A stretch of DNA of 39,757 nucleotides, taken from IMG/VR virus record IMGVR_UViG_3300032313_000292, positions 1 through 39,757 of that record; one strand, written 5' to 3'. The notes below the pieces were generated by a model. It did no database searches and was not told where the DNA came from. It saw only the letters and a program-made list of their open reading frames with translations. Every line of letters begins with the position of its first letter. Position 1 is the first letter of the stretch. Shown one piece after another: positions 20,201 through 29,652 of the stretch. The position numbers and the translations under genes are program-made. The stretch comes from a virus. Taxonomy: Duplodnaviria; Caudoviricetes.

Positions 20201-23200
20201 TTTGACCCTTTAGTAGAAAAGGGTCAACCACCTTCTGTCATCTCGCTTCAAAACAATATTGACGATTCAGAAACAATGATTAGAGACCTGAAAGATGGTC
20301 TTGCAGATAACTCTGATGAACTTGGATATTTTGGAGAAGTGCCAGAAGAAGTTATTCTTACACGTATTGCTGAAGAAGAAGCAAAGATTACCGACTGGAA
20401 CAGAAGACTTACTAAGTTGCTTCCAAAGACAAATCAGTTTGAAGCAATTGGTATTGCAAAAGCAAACGAATTAAACGGTTTCCGTGATGTGATTGCAGAC
20501 CTTGGTGCAGGTATATCTGAGTATTACTTACATCGTGAAACATACCATCGTATGAAGTCGCTACAGGATGCTTTGGCTACAACTGGAATTATTGTTGACC
20601 AAAAAATGTACAACAAAATTCTTGCAGATGTTGCGAAACCAGAGTTGGAACAAACAATCAAATACCAACAAGGGTTGCTGGAACTAGAAGAATTTTTTAG
20701 CGGTGTTCGTACTCGTGTGAACGCTATTGGCAAGGGAACTGTTTCTGATTCTGCCAAGGCAGAAATCAGAGAAGATTTACTAAATCAAGAGTTCTCATTT
20801 CCGGAAGTGGTTGCAGTCAAACCAAAGAATCAGGTCTCTGAAGGAACCGTAATGAAGCCTACTGGTAAGACAATTACCGAGAAGGCTGGGGTATGGGGTC
20901 CAAGAAAGCAAGAACTGTTTGAGAGACAGACTCGTCGTTCACAGGACATCACTAGGTCAATCATTGTTCAGGAAGAACTGGCAAAGATTTTCCGTGTTAA
21001 GCCAGTGGGCAATCCGGGTTCTTTCCAACCAAAAGAAATTGCTACTGCTCTTCGTACACAAGAACTTATTCGTGAGCATCTTCCAGAACTAGAGGCTGTT
21101 TGGCAACGTCAAAATATTGCTACAACTGACAGACTTTTTTATCGTCATCCAGATTCAAACTATCTTGAAGAAGAAGTATTGAAACTTCTTCGCCAGTATG
21201 GCAAGAGACCAGTATGGGGCCGACCAACCAACAGGCAAGCAAGAGTAATGAGCATGCGTGGTGGCAAGTCATCGGGTAGCGAGATTCCGATGTACAAGGG
21301 TGAAGGCGTTAGTGCTGCTGGACAGTACGACAAACTTCGTGGCAATGTTCTTGCCGCAATTCAAGAGTTGAATACTGCAACAATTCCTTACACGGCTAAA
21401 AGGGTGAATCCAGTTCGTCAAAAAATAAAAGAACTTCAAGACCTTTATGAAAAAATTGTAAGAGAAACTGAAATAGACCAAAAAATTGCACAGGAAGCAG
21501 GCAAGCGTCTTACCGGCAAGGGTTCAATCAAAGACATTAACAGGACAATAAACAAAGCAATCAAGGGTGGAAAAGAATACGGCTTTTCCTCGATGCTTAA
21601 CTCTGTGTTTAGTGGAAGCGAAAGAGGAGTTGCTGATTTGTTTGCAGAACTTCTTGGTGGTCAAACATACGACTTCGCAGCAACTCGTGGTGTGCGTCAG
21701 TACAGAGATGTGCAAGTAGCCGACTCTTACTTTGGCAGACTGATGGAAAGAACATCTGGTCGTGTAAAAGGTCTTCGTGTTCTGACCGATGAAACAAGTA
21801 TTCCACTTGATGTTTTGTTGCAAGGTAATCCGGGTCACTCTGTTGGTGGTAAGTACATACCCGGTTCTTGGTTGCTCAGGACAGAGTTGCGTGGTGCTAA
21901 TGCTTCTGCAGACTTCTTGGAAGAATACGCCGATGAACTACTACGACGTATTGATGCAAAGAAAACTATCAATACTGCAGAAAGAACAGCCACCCGTGAG
22001 GTTCAGAAACTCGAAGGTCAGTTTGCTCTTCCGTTTATTGGTGAACCAAAAACTGGTAAGCCATTCACCGCAAGGTTGTCTGATGAAGTTGAGATGGAAA
22101 TACCAGACCAAGGCAGAATCATGCGTCAAAAGATTCGTGAAGAAGTAGAGAATGATGCCGTATTGCAGCAACTTGATGAGTTGGCTGCAACACCAGAATA
22201 TGCTCGTGCTGTTCGTCGTGAAGGAGAACATCGCTTTGCGATGGTTCTCGCAAAACTTGATAGTGATACTGCACGTGAACTTGGGTTCACCAGCCCAGAG
22301 TTTGAAGCACTATGGAATAACCCTCTCAAGCAGGTGAACATTGATGCTCTGCGTTCACAGTTGAAGACGCTAGAGAAGACAAGGACACGACTTGTTGGTC
22401 GTCGCAATGCGATGGTTCGTCGTTATGGAAATGAATTTGCTGCAACTAACTTGGATGTTCAACTTGAAAGAGTTGAGAACTTGCTTCTTCAGGTTGAAGA
22501 AGAAGTTCTTTCATACGATGCTTCTGGTTCTGCTCTTGAAAAGTTGTCAAGACTTTACGACAACTTCAGTAGTTTGGATGGGCAAAAAGAGATTAGTGCT
22601 GTGCTCGCAGAACAGCGTAGCGCCCCACTCAAGTTCAAGACTGGACCGGATGGGGAGATTGCTCTTGGTGCTGATGAAGCATTGCAACAGTTGTTAAATA
22701 ACTCTGGTTCACGTGCGCTCTCAACAGATGTTGATTCACGCTTGAAGTATTTGCAGAAGGCAAGACTTGCAAGCGATGAGTACAAGACTCTCAAGGGATA
22801 CAAAGATATTGAGCAGACTTTGAACTTCAAGATGCAGAGAGAGTGGGCTAACCAGCGCTCTAACGTTTTGGCTTTCCAAGACAGAATCCGTTCAAAGGTT
22901 GACTCGCTTCGTGGTCGAAACATTGAAGAAGAAGCAAACATTGCAAGACTTGAGCAACAGATTCTTGATGAACTTGAACCAACAGGATTGAAGACTCGTG
23001 CTACTGGTGGTGCAAAACTTGCTACAGAAGCAAAGACTCTTTCAGAGTCGTTGCGTACACGACCAAAAGAACCTATTGCTGGTGCAGAGTGGGAAGGTCT
23101 TTCACCTGCAGAGATTGAAGCAAAACTTGGTGGCATGGGTGTTGAGACTGGTCCGACTAGAGAGGGCAAGTTCTTTAGGGCTGACTCTGGGACCATTGAG

Positions 23201-25234
23201 GCTGGAACAACACCAGCACAAATCGAGATTGCAGCACAGAAATCCAAGCAAGATGAAATCTTTGGATTGATTGAAGGTTTGAAGTTCAAGAAGATTGTTG
23301 AAGAGGGTCGTGAGAAAGAAGCAATTGATTCACTTGCGAAGATGACCAACCAACAACGCTCAATAATTGCTAACAGGATGAAGGCTGTTCGTCAGTTGGA
23401 AGATGCAAGAAAAGTTCAATGGAAACTTGACGCTGGTAAGGATAAGAGGAAGTTGCTTGGTGCTGTTACGAAGCGTCGTTCAGAACTTGCTTCTGCACAG
23501 GAGACAGTAAAGGGTGCACAGCAGGCTTACGATAGTGCTGTTGAGTTTGCTGAGTGGGCACCAGAGGCTCTTGAAGATGCACGCAATACGGTCACATCTC
23601 TGAAGGACTTGGCAATTGAGGGTCGTAAGGTCAAAGCAAAAATCAATCAGAGTAATACTGCATGGAACGCTGAAGTAAACAAGTTCATTGAGGATGCTTC
23701 CGGTCTTCTTAACAGTATTGATGGTGATGACATACCGAACAGTATTCGTTCTGTCATTACTGATTACACCAACAAGCAGGCAGAGTACTTCAAGCAGTCT
23801 GCAAGATTGACTGAAGCACAAGAAGAACTGATGCTCGCTAAAGGTCTCAAGGGTCGCAGTTGGATTGCCGGTAGTGATGTTACTGGCAAAGTTGATAGAA
23901 GAGCACCTATTGGGTTCCGTGACCAGATACCAGAAGATGCATACGAAATTGTTCCAATCTTCGACAAGGGCTTTGTTCAACTCAGCAAGTACTTCCCAAC
24001 TATTGGTGTAAGGCAAGAGTTGGCATCAATTGTTCAGAGCGTTCACAGACTGAACGAGCCACAGGTTGTTCGTGAGATGAACAGGTTCATTGGTAAGTAC
24101 ACACGCTTCTTCAAAGCGTATGCAACTTTGTCGCCGGGATTCCATGCACGAAACGCAATGTCAAACTCATTTATGATATTTGCTGCAGGTGCAAAGTTGA
24201 AGTGGATGAACGAAGGTCTTGATATGAGTAGGTCTTGGCTTGCCGCTTCACGTGAATCAAAGACTGTTGACCAGTGGATTGCTTCGCTATCTGCAGACAT
24301 GCAGGTAAAAGCAAGGACTGCAATGGATGCATTCTTTGCATCTGGTGGCGGTATGTCAACGGACTTCTTTGATATTAGTCGTGTGCCTCGTGGAACAAAG
24401 AGGTCAAAAGAACTTGGTAAGTGGGTTGAAAACCATTCCCGTTTTGTGCTCGCATGGGATGGTGTTTCACAAGGGCTAGACATGAATGCAGCGTCTACAC
24501 GGGTAAGAAAGTATCTGATTGACTACGCAGACGTTTCAACTGGCGACCAACTGATGCGCCAGATTGTTCCGTTCTGGATGTGGACAAGTCGCAACCTTCC
24601 GTTGCAACTTGGAAACATGTGGCTCAATCCAAAGGCTTACGCCATCTACAACACCATCAAACGAAACGTTGATGATGAAGAAGAAGGCGCTATTGTTCCA
24701 CAGTGGATGAGAGAGATTGGTGCATTCAAGTTGCCATTCGGAAACAACCTGTATGCAACACCAGACTTCGGATTCAATCGTGTTGGTCAGCAGGTTCAAG
24801 AGTTGTCAGACCCACAGCGTTTGTTGTCAAACGTCAACCCTTTGATTCGAGTCCCACTTGAGTTGATGGGTGGTAGGCAGTTGTACAACAACCGTCAGTT
24901 CTCCGACAAACCAGTTGAGGTGGGTAATGGTGCTGGAGCAATCCTGCAACCATTCCTTGCTGCAGCAGGTTATGGAGAAACACGAGATGGAAAACAGTTT
25001 GTTGATGACAAGGCTTACTACGCAGTACGAAACTTGATTCCATTCCTTGGAACAGCAGAACGATTGACACCATCAATTGACACATATCAACAACGTGGAT
25101 ATGTGAACCCACTACTCGGATTCCTTGGTGTTCCGGGTCGTCAAGTCAAGGAACAGGAAATTCAATCTGAACTTGCAAGACGAAAAGGCAACATAGCAAA
25201 AATAACATCACGAGAGAAAGCATTCGGTGAATAA
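17246..25234 (+). CDS. Giant internal virion/DNA-ejection protein (2662 aa)
   Basis: Last and largest virion gene; DLALDP.NW N-terminal motif; C-terminal DY......R.IVPFW.W..RNLP resembling LPD38-type domains. Confidence 0.7.
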   Translation: MASQQDLLSALQGLSQQSSASRGPAPVAIAPTTRTAAPPRVGAGGAPNLFDQVVKQSSTMASNPRDAKTRTAIRGLDVYARKQGAKYPNVLDEIQAAKEGQIKPSGALGVVANVLDNPIAKAVLKPLEILDTGRRAIISGVREVADILDTDEKTTASFGDWFDQTKDVTYGFGTAFPMKGWGGRIVGLVGDLALDPINWLTLGANIPKSLATRSVSSALMKGAAMSADELAAMGPAALARMAAEETARVAATKTGGELRLLLGRRQSGRGFATNLAGLADKMGASADLVQDIALRGRTALGRTEEGIQLAKKIGLPDAGIYVMGTQVKVPFTGPVAEMIERGLVGSRVGIMGSRSTEWLAENFTTKGTSAARNMQPLRRGLRTGKLVVDGKLQRMDAELARYAVRLESMDNAARALEGIMMDTYGKRVAPFLQEEDIKAAGTEVYKFLDTPRLKPDGTMNWERELTDVEQRAYDKIQKIFKDFHSEVEARYQQVDPNFQMNYVENYLPHMMTDEARDWLNSLSTQRAEEIRQYLKINMTDPSSSFKSRGLIKDANFFGKILDDEDMLKGVAGLNEIANRPGTGFTGKFFETDIDRIMAKYGQHYAQQFGTAEFMRLAVDGGILAEAKQMGSVTKDWLKSTADYARSVENAMKNAHRDMANAGRASISAFTEYMDGLASKTGEAGKELAALKQGLKEVGTPEQRLLKLQAAQKLVDKAIEQQKKAWYNFTKARNTTTSVIDGLSSMIDDLDAAWDDLSKSINQAIIDHPAIMDGLNMGQGAGGTPIVYNGKNYTYDELIKSLDAKHQRAANALKVLEESFERTKKLDNVLNGIVESYLKNDGMDDIMENVTQALLREGIEIPDTKVMNTRNIGSVWSDGKISPDMRAIKSVLDPTGKIKNTTLSKLTIEEVRRRVSSAVTSASNLRELREAGVWLIVRDAVNDPQFASALAKDIKNIGSTVEGATQSRYANLVELLRQADATERYMFDPLVEKGQPPSVISLQNNIDDSETMIRDLKDGLADNSDELGYFGEVPEEVILTRIAEEEAKITDWNRRLTKLLPKTNQFEAIGIAKANELNGFRDVIADLGAGISEYYLHRETYHRMKSLQDALATTGIIVDQKMYNKILADVAKPELEQTIKYQQGLLELEEFFSGVRTRVNAIGKGTVSDSAKAEIREDLLNQEFSFPEVVAVKPKNQVSEGTVMKPTGKTITEKAGVWGPRKQELFERQTRRSQDITRSIIVQEELAKIFRVKPVGNPGSFQPKEIATALRTQELIREHLPELEAVWQRQNIATTDRLFYRHPDSNYLEEEVLKLLRQYGKRPVWGRPTNRQARVMSMRGGKSSGSEIPMYKGEGVSAAGQYDKLRGNVLAAIQELNTATIPYTAKRVNPVRQKIKELQDLYEKIVRETEIDQKIAQEAGKRLTGKGSIKDINRTINKAIKGGKEYGFSSMLNSVFSGSERGVADLFAELLGGQTYDFAATRGVRQYRDVQVADSYFGRLMERTSGRVKGLRVLTDETSIPLDVLLQGNPGHSVGGKYIPGSWLLRTELRGANASADFLEEYADELLRRIDAKKTINTAERTATREVQKLEGQFALPFIGEPKTGKPFTARLSDEVEMEIPDQGRIMRQKIREEVENDAVLQQLDELAATPEYARAVRREGEHRFAMVLAKLDSDTARELGFTSPEFEALWNNPLKQVNIDALRSQLKTLEKTRTRLVGRRNAMVRRYGNEFAATNLDVQLERVENLLLQVEEEVLSYDASGSALEKLSRLYDNFSSLDGQKEISAVLAEQRSAPLKFKTGPDGEIALGADEALQQLLNNSGSRALSTDVDSRLKYLQKARLASDEYKTLKGYKDIEQTLNFKMQREWANQRSNVLAFQDRIRSKVDSLRGRNIEEEANIARLEQQILDELEPTGLKTRATGGAKLATEAKTLSESLRTRPKEPIAGAEWEGLSPAEIEAKLGGMGVETGPTREGKFFRADSGTIEAGTTPAQIEIAAQKSKQDEIFGLIEGLKFKKIVEEGREKEAIDSLAKMTNQQRSIIANRMKAVRQLEDARKVQWKLDAGKDKRKLLGAVTKRRSELASAQETVKGAQQAYDSAVEFAEWAPEALEDARNTVTSLKDLAIEGRKVKAKINQSNTAWNAEVNKFIEDASGLLNSIDGDDIPNSIRSVITDYTNKQAEYFKQSARLTEAQEELMLAKGLKGRSWIAGSDVTGKVDRRAPIGFRDQIPEDAYEIVPIFDKGFVQLSKYFPTIGVRQELASIVQSVHRLNEPQVVREMNRFIGKYTRFFKAYATLSPGFHARNAMSNSFMIFAAGAKLKWMNEGLDMSRSWLAASRESKTVDQWIASLSADMQVKARTAMDAFFASGGGMSTDFFDISRVPRGTKRSKELGKWVENHSRFVLAWDGVSQGLDMNAASTRVRKYLIDYADVSTGDQLMRQIVPFWMWTSRNLPLQLGNMWLNPKAYAIYNTIKRNVDDEEEGAIVPQWMREIGAFKLPFGNNLYATPDFGFNRVGQQVQELSDPQRLLSNVNPLIRVPLELMGGRQLYNNRQFSDKPVEVGNGAGAILQPFLAAAGYGETRDGKQFVDDKAYYAVRNLIPFLGTAERLTPSIDTYQQRGYVNPLLGFLGVPGRQVKEQEIQSELARRKGNIAKITSREKAFGE

Positions 25235-25235
25235 C

Positions 25236-25748
25236 ATGGCAAAGCGCAAATACACAGGGAACAAAGACGGGGCTGCAAAAAGTTTACGCCCCGGCATGAA
25301 GGTGTTCATTGAAGAGACAATCAAGTTGTCTAACGGTGCGCTCTGGAATAATGGCGACTGGGGAGTTCGCCCAATGCGTGGAAAAGAGTCTTTGTCTGTG
25401 CACGCAACAGGTCGTGCGGTTGACCTCTCGTTCAGGCACATGCCACCAAAGAAGGGCATCAAGAATGGTCGCTTGGAAGCGGTGAAGGTGTTGAAGATTA
25501 TTGTAGCCAACGCTGAAGCGTTAGGCGTTGAAGCAATTTTTGATTATATTGTCAAGCCACATGGTCGTGCTTGGATGTGTGACCGCAACGCTTGGTCAAA
25601 CTATAAGAAAGAAACTATCCACGGGGGTGGTTCGGGTGACTGGCTTCATTTTGAGATTTCACCTGAGATGGCGGATAACCCGGCAAAAATGCGGGAAGCG
25701 TTTGCGAATCTTGTGATTCCAGATTTGACTCCTCAGGATTCTGAATAA
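25236..25748 (+). CDS. Endolysin, Zn peptidase M15-like
   Basis: SVHATGRAVD matches SxHxxGxAxD, with a downstream WLHFE. ATG 25236 (alternative start 25227). Confidence 0.75.
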   Translation: MAKRKYTGNKDGAAKSLRPGMKVFIEETIKLSNGALWNNGDWGVRPMRGKESLSVHATGRAVDLSFRHMPPKKGIKNGRLEAVKVLKIIVANAEALGVEAIFDYIVKPHGRAWMCDRNAWSNYKKETIHGGGSGDWLHFEISPEMADNPAKMREAFANLVIPDLTPQDSE

Positions 25749-26031
25749 ACACAACTGGTTGTTCCAGTATCTTTGTGTCAATCACCATCCCTACGGGGAT
25801 GTGGATTGGCATACCCACAGTCTTAGGGTCTTCAACTTCATCTGGAAAGTATGAGTTGACGAGGGTGATGTACCCTTGAAGTACGTCTGGGATTAGCCAT
25901 CCTACGGTCACAACCGTTGCTTCCTTGGGCTCATACTTTTCTAGGTCTGTCCAACCGTTCTCTCCATCGAATGCATCCATCCAGTGGATTGCAACGAGAG
26001 CCCATTCTGATTTGACTGGTTTAGTCCTCAT
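25615..26031 (-). CDS. Conserved phage hypothetical protein (V.I.W.DA...GW...TVGWL family)
   Basis: Recognisable motif pattern; the 3' tail overlaps the endolysin gene on the opposite strand. Confidence 0.65.
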   Translation of the reverse strand: MRTKPVKSEWALVAIHWMDAFDGENGWTDLEKYEPKEATVVTVGWLIPDVLQGYITLVNSYFPDEVEDPKTVGMPIHIPVGMVIDTKILEQPVVFIQNPEESNLESQDSQTLPAFLPGYPPSQVKSQNEASHPNHPRG

Positions 26032-26299
26032 AAGGATTTATTCCTTCTTCGCTTAGATGTTCCTCTATTGTTCCGATTATTCCTGATACGAACGAACTTA
26101 TCTTTATCCACGCCATTGCATTACCGTGTAATGCTTCTTGCCATGTACGGCATATCTCAACAGCGGATTCATCGTTGGCACTCATCACGATTGTTACACC
26201 GTTCTGTGAACGCTGTTCAATCTGTTCCATTTTTTCGTGCATGTCATCGGCTTGCTCTTTGGGAATGATGCTGTAAATCCAATCGTTCTGGTCAGACAT
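26021..26299 (-). CDS. Hypothetical protein
   Basis: ATG 26299 (MSDQNDW...) is preferred over 26440 because another frame codes upstream. Confidence 0.6.
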   Translation of the reverse strand: MSDQNDWIYSIIPKEQADDMHEKMEQIEQRSQNGVTIVMSANDESAVEICRTWQEALHGNAMAWIKISSFVSGIIGTIEEHLSEEGINPYED

Positions 26300-26468
26300 T
26301 TTTTTTCTTTCTTTTCTTATTAGCAACATATATACTCCCGATGGGCAGACCATTTTCCTGTACTCCCGTACCCACAGTAACGTCGCCATACACAGAAGCA
26401 AGAAGCGTAGCAATCGCTTGCGGGCTAACTTCAACATCAAAACCCACCGTTATCTGTCGTGTCTTCAA
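26292..26468 (-). CDS. Small hypothetical protein (58 aa; not in the ORF track)
   Basis: TTG start with GAAAGG SD; MKTRQITVGFDVEVSPQAIATLLASVYGDV...KKRKKKNV. Confidence 0.55.
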   Translation of the reverse strand: MKTRQITVGFDVEVSPQAIATLLASVYGDVTVGTGVQENGLPIGSIYVANKKRKKKNV

Positions 26469-26841
26469 GTCCGAGCCTTTCTCTAATAATAGGATTCTCT
26501 AAGAGGTGGAATCGTAACCGCTCATAAGCAGCATTCCTTAGTCTCCAAGCATGAGGTTTGGACACGCCAAGCCTTCCCCCAAGTTCTTCAAGTGAAATCA
26601 TTTCTGAGTTGATTGCGTCAATGATGAAACGGTCTTGTTCTCCAAGTTGTTCAATGCATTCCGCTATTGCCTCTCGCAGTGGTTGGAGTTCTACTACAGA
26701 CTCAACAAGGTTCTCACCGCTGGCAGCCATCATCAACGCCTCCATCGGCGTTTCTGGTCTCCTAGTTCCACGAAGGTTTGCTTCGTGGAACGGAGTCATC
26801 GATACTTCTCTATTCTTCAAAGTCGTCTGGCTTATCTCCAC
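26437..26841 (-). CDS. Stand-alone sigma-70 region-4-like HTH protein
   Basis: LREAI...L.EQDRFII......SLEELG.RLGVSK....RL.NAA.ERLR. Start is uncertain. Confidence 0.75.
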   Translation of the reverse strand: MEISQTTLKNREVSMTPFHEANLRGTRRPETPMEALMMAASGENLVESVVELQPLREAIAECIEQLGEQDRFIIDAINSEMISLEELGGRLGVSKPHAWRLRNAAYERLRFHLLENPIIRERLGLEDTTDNGGF

Positions 26842-26894
26842 AGGATGGATTACGTGGAACTACTCCACGATAAACACAGCAACAAAGTTTTGCA

Positions 26895-27329
26895 TTACTC
26901 ATTTAGGTCATACTCCGGGTTTATCATCATGTCCATTACTTCTTCTGGTAGAAGCAAGAAACCTTTTGCTGGGTTGGCAGAGTTCCAAGCAAATGTTTTC
27001 ATTCTGCTCTTAGGAAGTGTTGCAATGTATCGCTTCAGTCTTTCAACTGAAACGGCAAGCATTGCACCATCAAGACAGTAGATGTACACCCACCACTTTG
27101 CTTCTGTAACTTCAAGACCACTTGGCTTCCAACCATTACCTCTTGGGTTCTGTTCAGTCTCAACGACCATGCGACCATTGCGGTAGCGGTCTGTCTTGAC
27201 TTCAAATGAACCATCAGCAATTGATTGCAGGAAATCACGGGTGAGTTCTTCACCTTTCTTTCCAAACTTCAAGTCGTCGGAGAAGTTGTATCTGCGTTCT
27301 GCTGGGAAGTCCCAGCGTGACTCTTTCAT
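26895..27329 (-). CDS. PD-(D/E)XK-like phage protein
   Basis: F..DL..G..GE, EVKTD and KPSGL..T.A.WW motifs. Confidence 0.6.
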   Translation of the reverse strand: MKESRWDFPAERRYNFSDDLKFGKKGEELTRDFLQSIADGSFEVKTDRYRNGRMVVETEQNPRGNGWKPSGLEVTEAKWWVYIYCLDGAMLAVSVERLKRYIATLPKSRMKTFAWNSANPAKGFLLLPEEVMDMMINPEYDLNE

Positions 27330-27381
27330 GTGAACAACACAGTTGCGATTATGAGTGCGCCAAGAACAAACATTACTTTTA

Positions 27382-27738
27382 TCATGCCTTCTCCAAATAC
27401 AGACAAACGATTTGTTTGTCGTCTGTGTACGCTACGCCATTCAAAGCATCAAGTACAGCCTTTGCATAGTTGTCAATATCTCCTGTGAGTTTCCCCTTGG
27501 GTTGATTTACGTTCACATTCTGTTTCACGGGTTCAATGAATATTTCTGTTCCCGCTGTTGTGAACGCAAGTTTTACTGACAGTAGTTCGGTCTCGTAAAG
27601 AGGGCCCTCGTACAGTTCGGCAAAGTCTTGCTCGTACTTCTTGGTTTCCTTTGGGGTGAATGCATGACCAGTCTTGGTTACTCGTGGTCTGCCCTTCGCT
27701 CTTGGGCGAAGTGCAATAATCTGATGGAATGGCTTCAT
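27382..27738 (-). CDS. rusA: RusA-family Holliday junction resolvase
   Basis: KGRPR and DIDNYAKAVLDALNG....DDKQI motifs. Confidence 0.9.
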   Translation of the reverse strand: MKPFHQIIALRPRAKGRPRVTKTGHAFTPKETKKYEQDFAELYEGPLYETELLSVKLAFTTAGTEIFIEPVKQNVNVNQPKGKLTGDIDNYAKAVLDALNGVAYTDDKQIVCLYLEKA

Positions 27739-28631
27739 GGTCTAAATGCTCCAGTCGTATCTAATCCGTAAACGTCTTCAACTATCTTCACTAACTGTTC
27801 TACTGAATCAGTACGCAGATGAAACTTTCCCCAACGCTTGTCAGCGTCAACGAGTATTACATATGCATGGTTCATTGGAGTACCTAGATTGCGCATCTTG
27901 TGCACCATCCTGACCAGCGTTGTTGACCTGTCGCTTCCATCGAGAGGTCCGTGCCTCCAGATGGTTGCAACATATCCATCAACATGGTCAAGTGCTTCCT
28001 GAACGGAAACACCAACTGGAAGGTTGTCAAGTTGTGCCTTACTCTTTGGTCTGTGCATCTCTGCCAATGGCAACAGCGTCTTTGCAGAAACCCTGCTTAT
28101 CAAAGCAGAGTTTAGAAAAGTACTGAGCGTCATCGGAACATCATCTGAATCAAAAAGAATATAACGATTCTCTGGAATCACATGCATACCGTTTGGATAC
28201 GGTAAGCGAACATAGTTCCCAAGTCCGGTTGTTTCTTCTTGCTTTGGATTGACTTCCTTTGGCGGTAAACCAATGGCTTCGTGTGCCGACAGGAATGCTC
28301 TACGCATTACTGCCGCAGATATCCAGTCGCTGGCAAACACCCACACATGAAAACCCTTGCGGGTTTTCTCAACGAATGATGGTATGCCTTTGACCATGAG
28401 TGCTGTCTGTAGATTGCGTGCAGAGTCAATGTCATCAACATCAATATCCGAACACCCCCACTTGACAGTGTTGCCAAGTGTGAGTGGGTAGATACCAATG
28501 AGTTCTTTGCCATTGAGATGATTGGCAAATGTTTCTGCGGTCACAACTGACTTGACAGCACCACCTTCCCAAGTCCCGTAAGCATCTGTGCGACCTTCAA
28601 ACAGTGTTTTGAACATCTCCACTTCAGTCAT
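27735..28631 (-). CDS. AEP-superfamily primase/primase-polymerase
   Basis: F.GR.DAYG, GIYPL, DID, KGFHVWVF and GNYVRLPY motifs with a PriCT-like tail. ATG 28631 overlaps the helicase stop. Confidence 0.8.
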   Translation of the reverse strand: MTEVEMFKTLFEGRTDAYGTWEGGAVKSVVTAETFANHLNGKELIGIYPLTLGNTVKWGCSDIDVDDIDSARNLQTALMVKGIPSFVEKTRKGFHVWVFASDWISAAVMRRAFLSAHEAIGLPPKEVNPKQEETTGLGNYVRLPYPNGMHVIPENRYILFDSDDVPMTLSTFLNSALISRVSAKTLLPLAEMHRPKSKAQLDNLPVGVSVQEALDHVDGYVATIWRHGPLDGSDRSTTLVRMVHKMRNLGTPMNHAYVILVDADKRWGKFHLRTDSVEQLVKIVEDVYGLDTTGAFRP

Positions 28632-29652
28632 AAGCCATTCCCATCTGCAGGTATTGCTCTGGCAGTTCACCATCTAGTTCACGAAGACGACCAGTTGCTG
28701 TGTCTAACTCAAAGTCAATGTCGTCAACAAGTTGCCCTGCTGGTCGTTTGTTCTTGAGTAGTGACACGGTGACTGTGTGTTCGTGCACCTTGGCTTCATG
28801 GCGTAGCAATTCGAGTCTGTCTTGTGCACGCTCTGAATGTGAACGGTCAAGTTTCTCAATCAGTTCGTACATCTCGTGCGCAATCTGATATTTCTTGCGA
28901 CGGACACCGATGATTGATGTTGCTTGTTGTTCTCCACCGAATGAGCCAGATGACATGGTAAGTTTCGCACCATCAGCGCCAGCATGGCGTGATGTTTGGT
29001 GCAACACGAGAATCGGCACATCATGCCGACGACCGAATCCTTTGAGGAAGGTTGCTTTGTCTGGAACTGTTTCCCCTGCTTCAACTAGGTCTAGGTAGTC
29101 AACCACAACCAGTTCAGGTACTTGTCCCCACACATCACAAACTTCACCGTAGGCACGTTCCATGTCGGAACTTGTCAGTGGCTGGTCAAACACAGCGAGG
29201 TTTGGAAAATCTTCCTCTGCTGTTCGGCGTAGCAAGTCAATGGCTTCTTGGTCATCGGCTGCAACACGTGCTTCCAGTTCTCGTGCATCAATTCCATGAT
29301 GCATACAGGTGAGTTTGGTCAATACGAGTTGGCGTGGCTCGTCAGGTATGAACATTGCAATGTGTTTGTCACGGTTGTTGCGAAGTGCATGAAGCAGTAA
29401 GAGTGTCTTACCGCCGTGTGCAAATCCCAACATCATGGCAATTTCGCCCGGTGCAATGCCTCGTAATTCTTTATCTATCCGACTGATACCGAGATGCACT
29501 CTCTCTTGCGGTGACTGTGCCCAACGCACAAATGAGTCAGCCGCTTCTGAAAGAGGTGTGTACATTCGGTACTCAGAGAGTTGTGGAGCGACCGCGGATG
29601 GTCGCCCCACATTCTCCCAGCCAGCAGATATTTCTTCTGCTGATAGTCTCAT
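28624..29652 (-). CDS. DnaB-like (SF4) replicative helicase
   Basis: GFAHGGKT Walker A, VVVDYL Walker B, LHQ and KNKR motifs. Confidence 0.85.
   Translation of the reverse strand: MRLSAEEISAGWENVGRPSAVAPQLSEYRMYTPLSEAADSFVRWAQSPQERVHLGISRIDKELRGIAPGEIAMMLGFAHGGKTLLLLHALRNNRDKHIAMFIPDEPRQLVLTKLTCMHHGIDARELEARVAADDQEAIDLLRRTAEEDFPNLAVFDQPLTSSDMERAYGEVCDVWGQVPELVVVDYLDLVEAGETVPDKATFLKGFGRRHDVPILVLHQTSRHAGADGAKLTMSSGSFGGEQQATSIIGVRRKKYQIAHEMYELIEKLDRSHSERAQDRLELLRHEAKVHEHTVTVSLLKNKRPAGQLVDDIDFELDTATGRLRELDGELPEQYLQMGMAYD

Noticed and set aside
22555-23349. 264-aa antisense ORF and the many other shadow ORFs in the track
   Set aside because: They lie opposite strong genes, have no motifs or SD, and are expected from codon bias.
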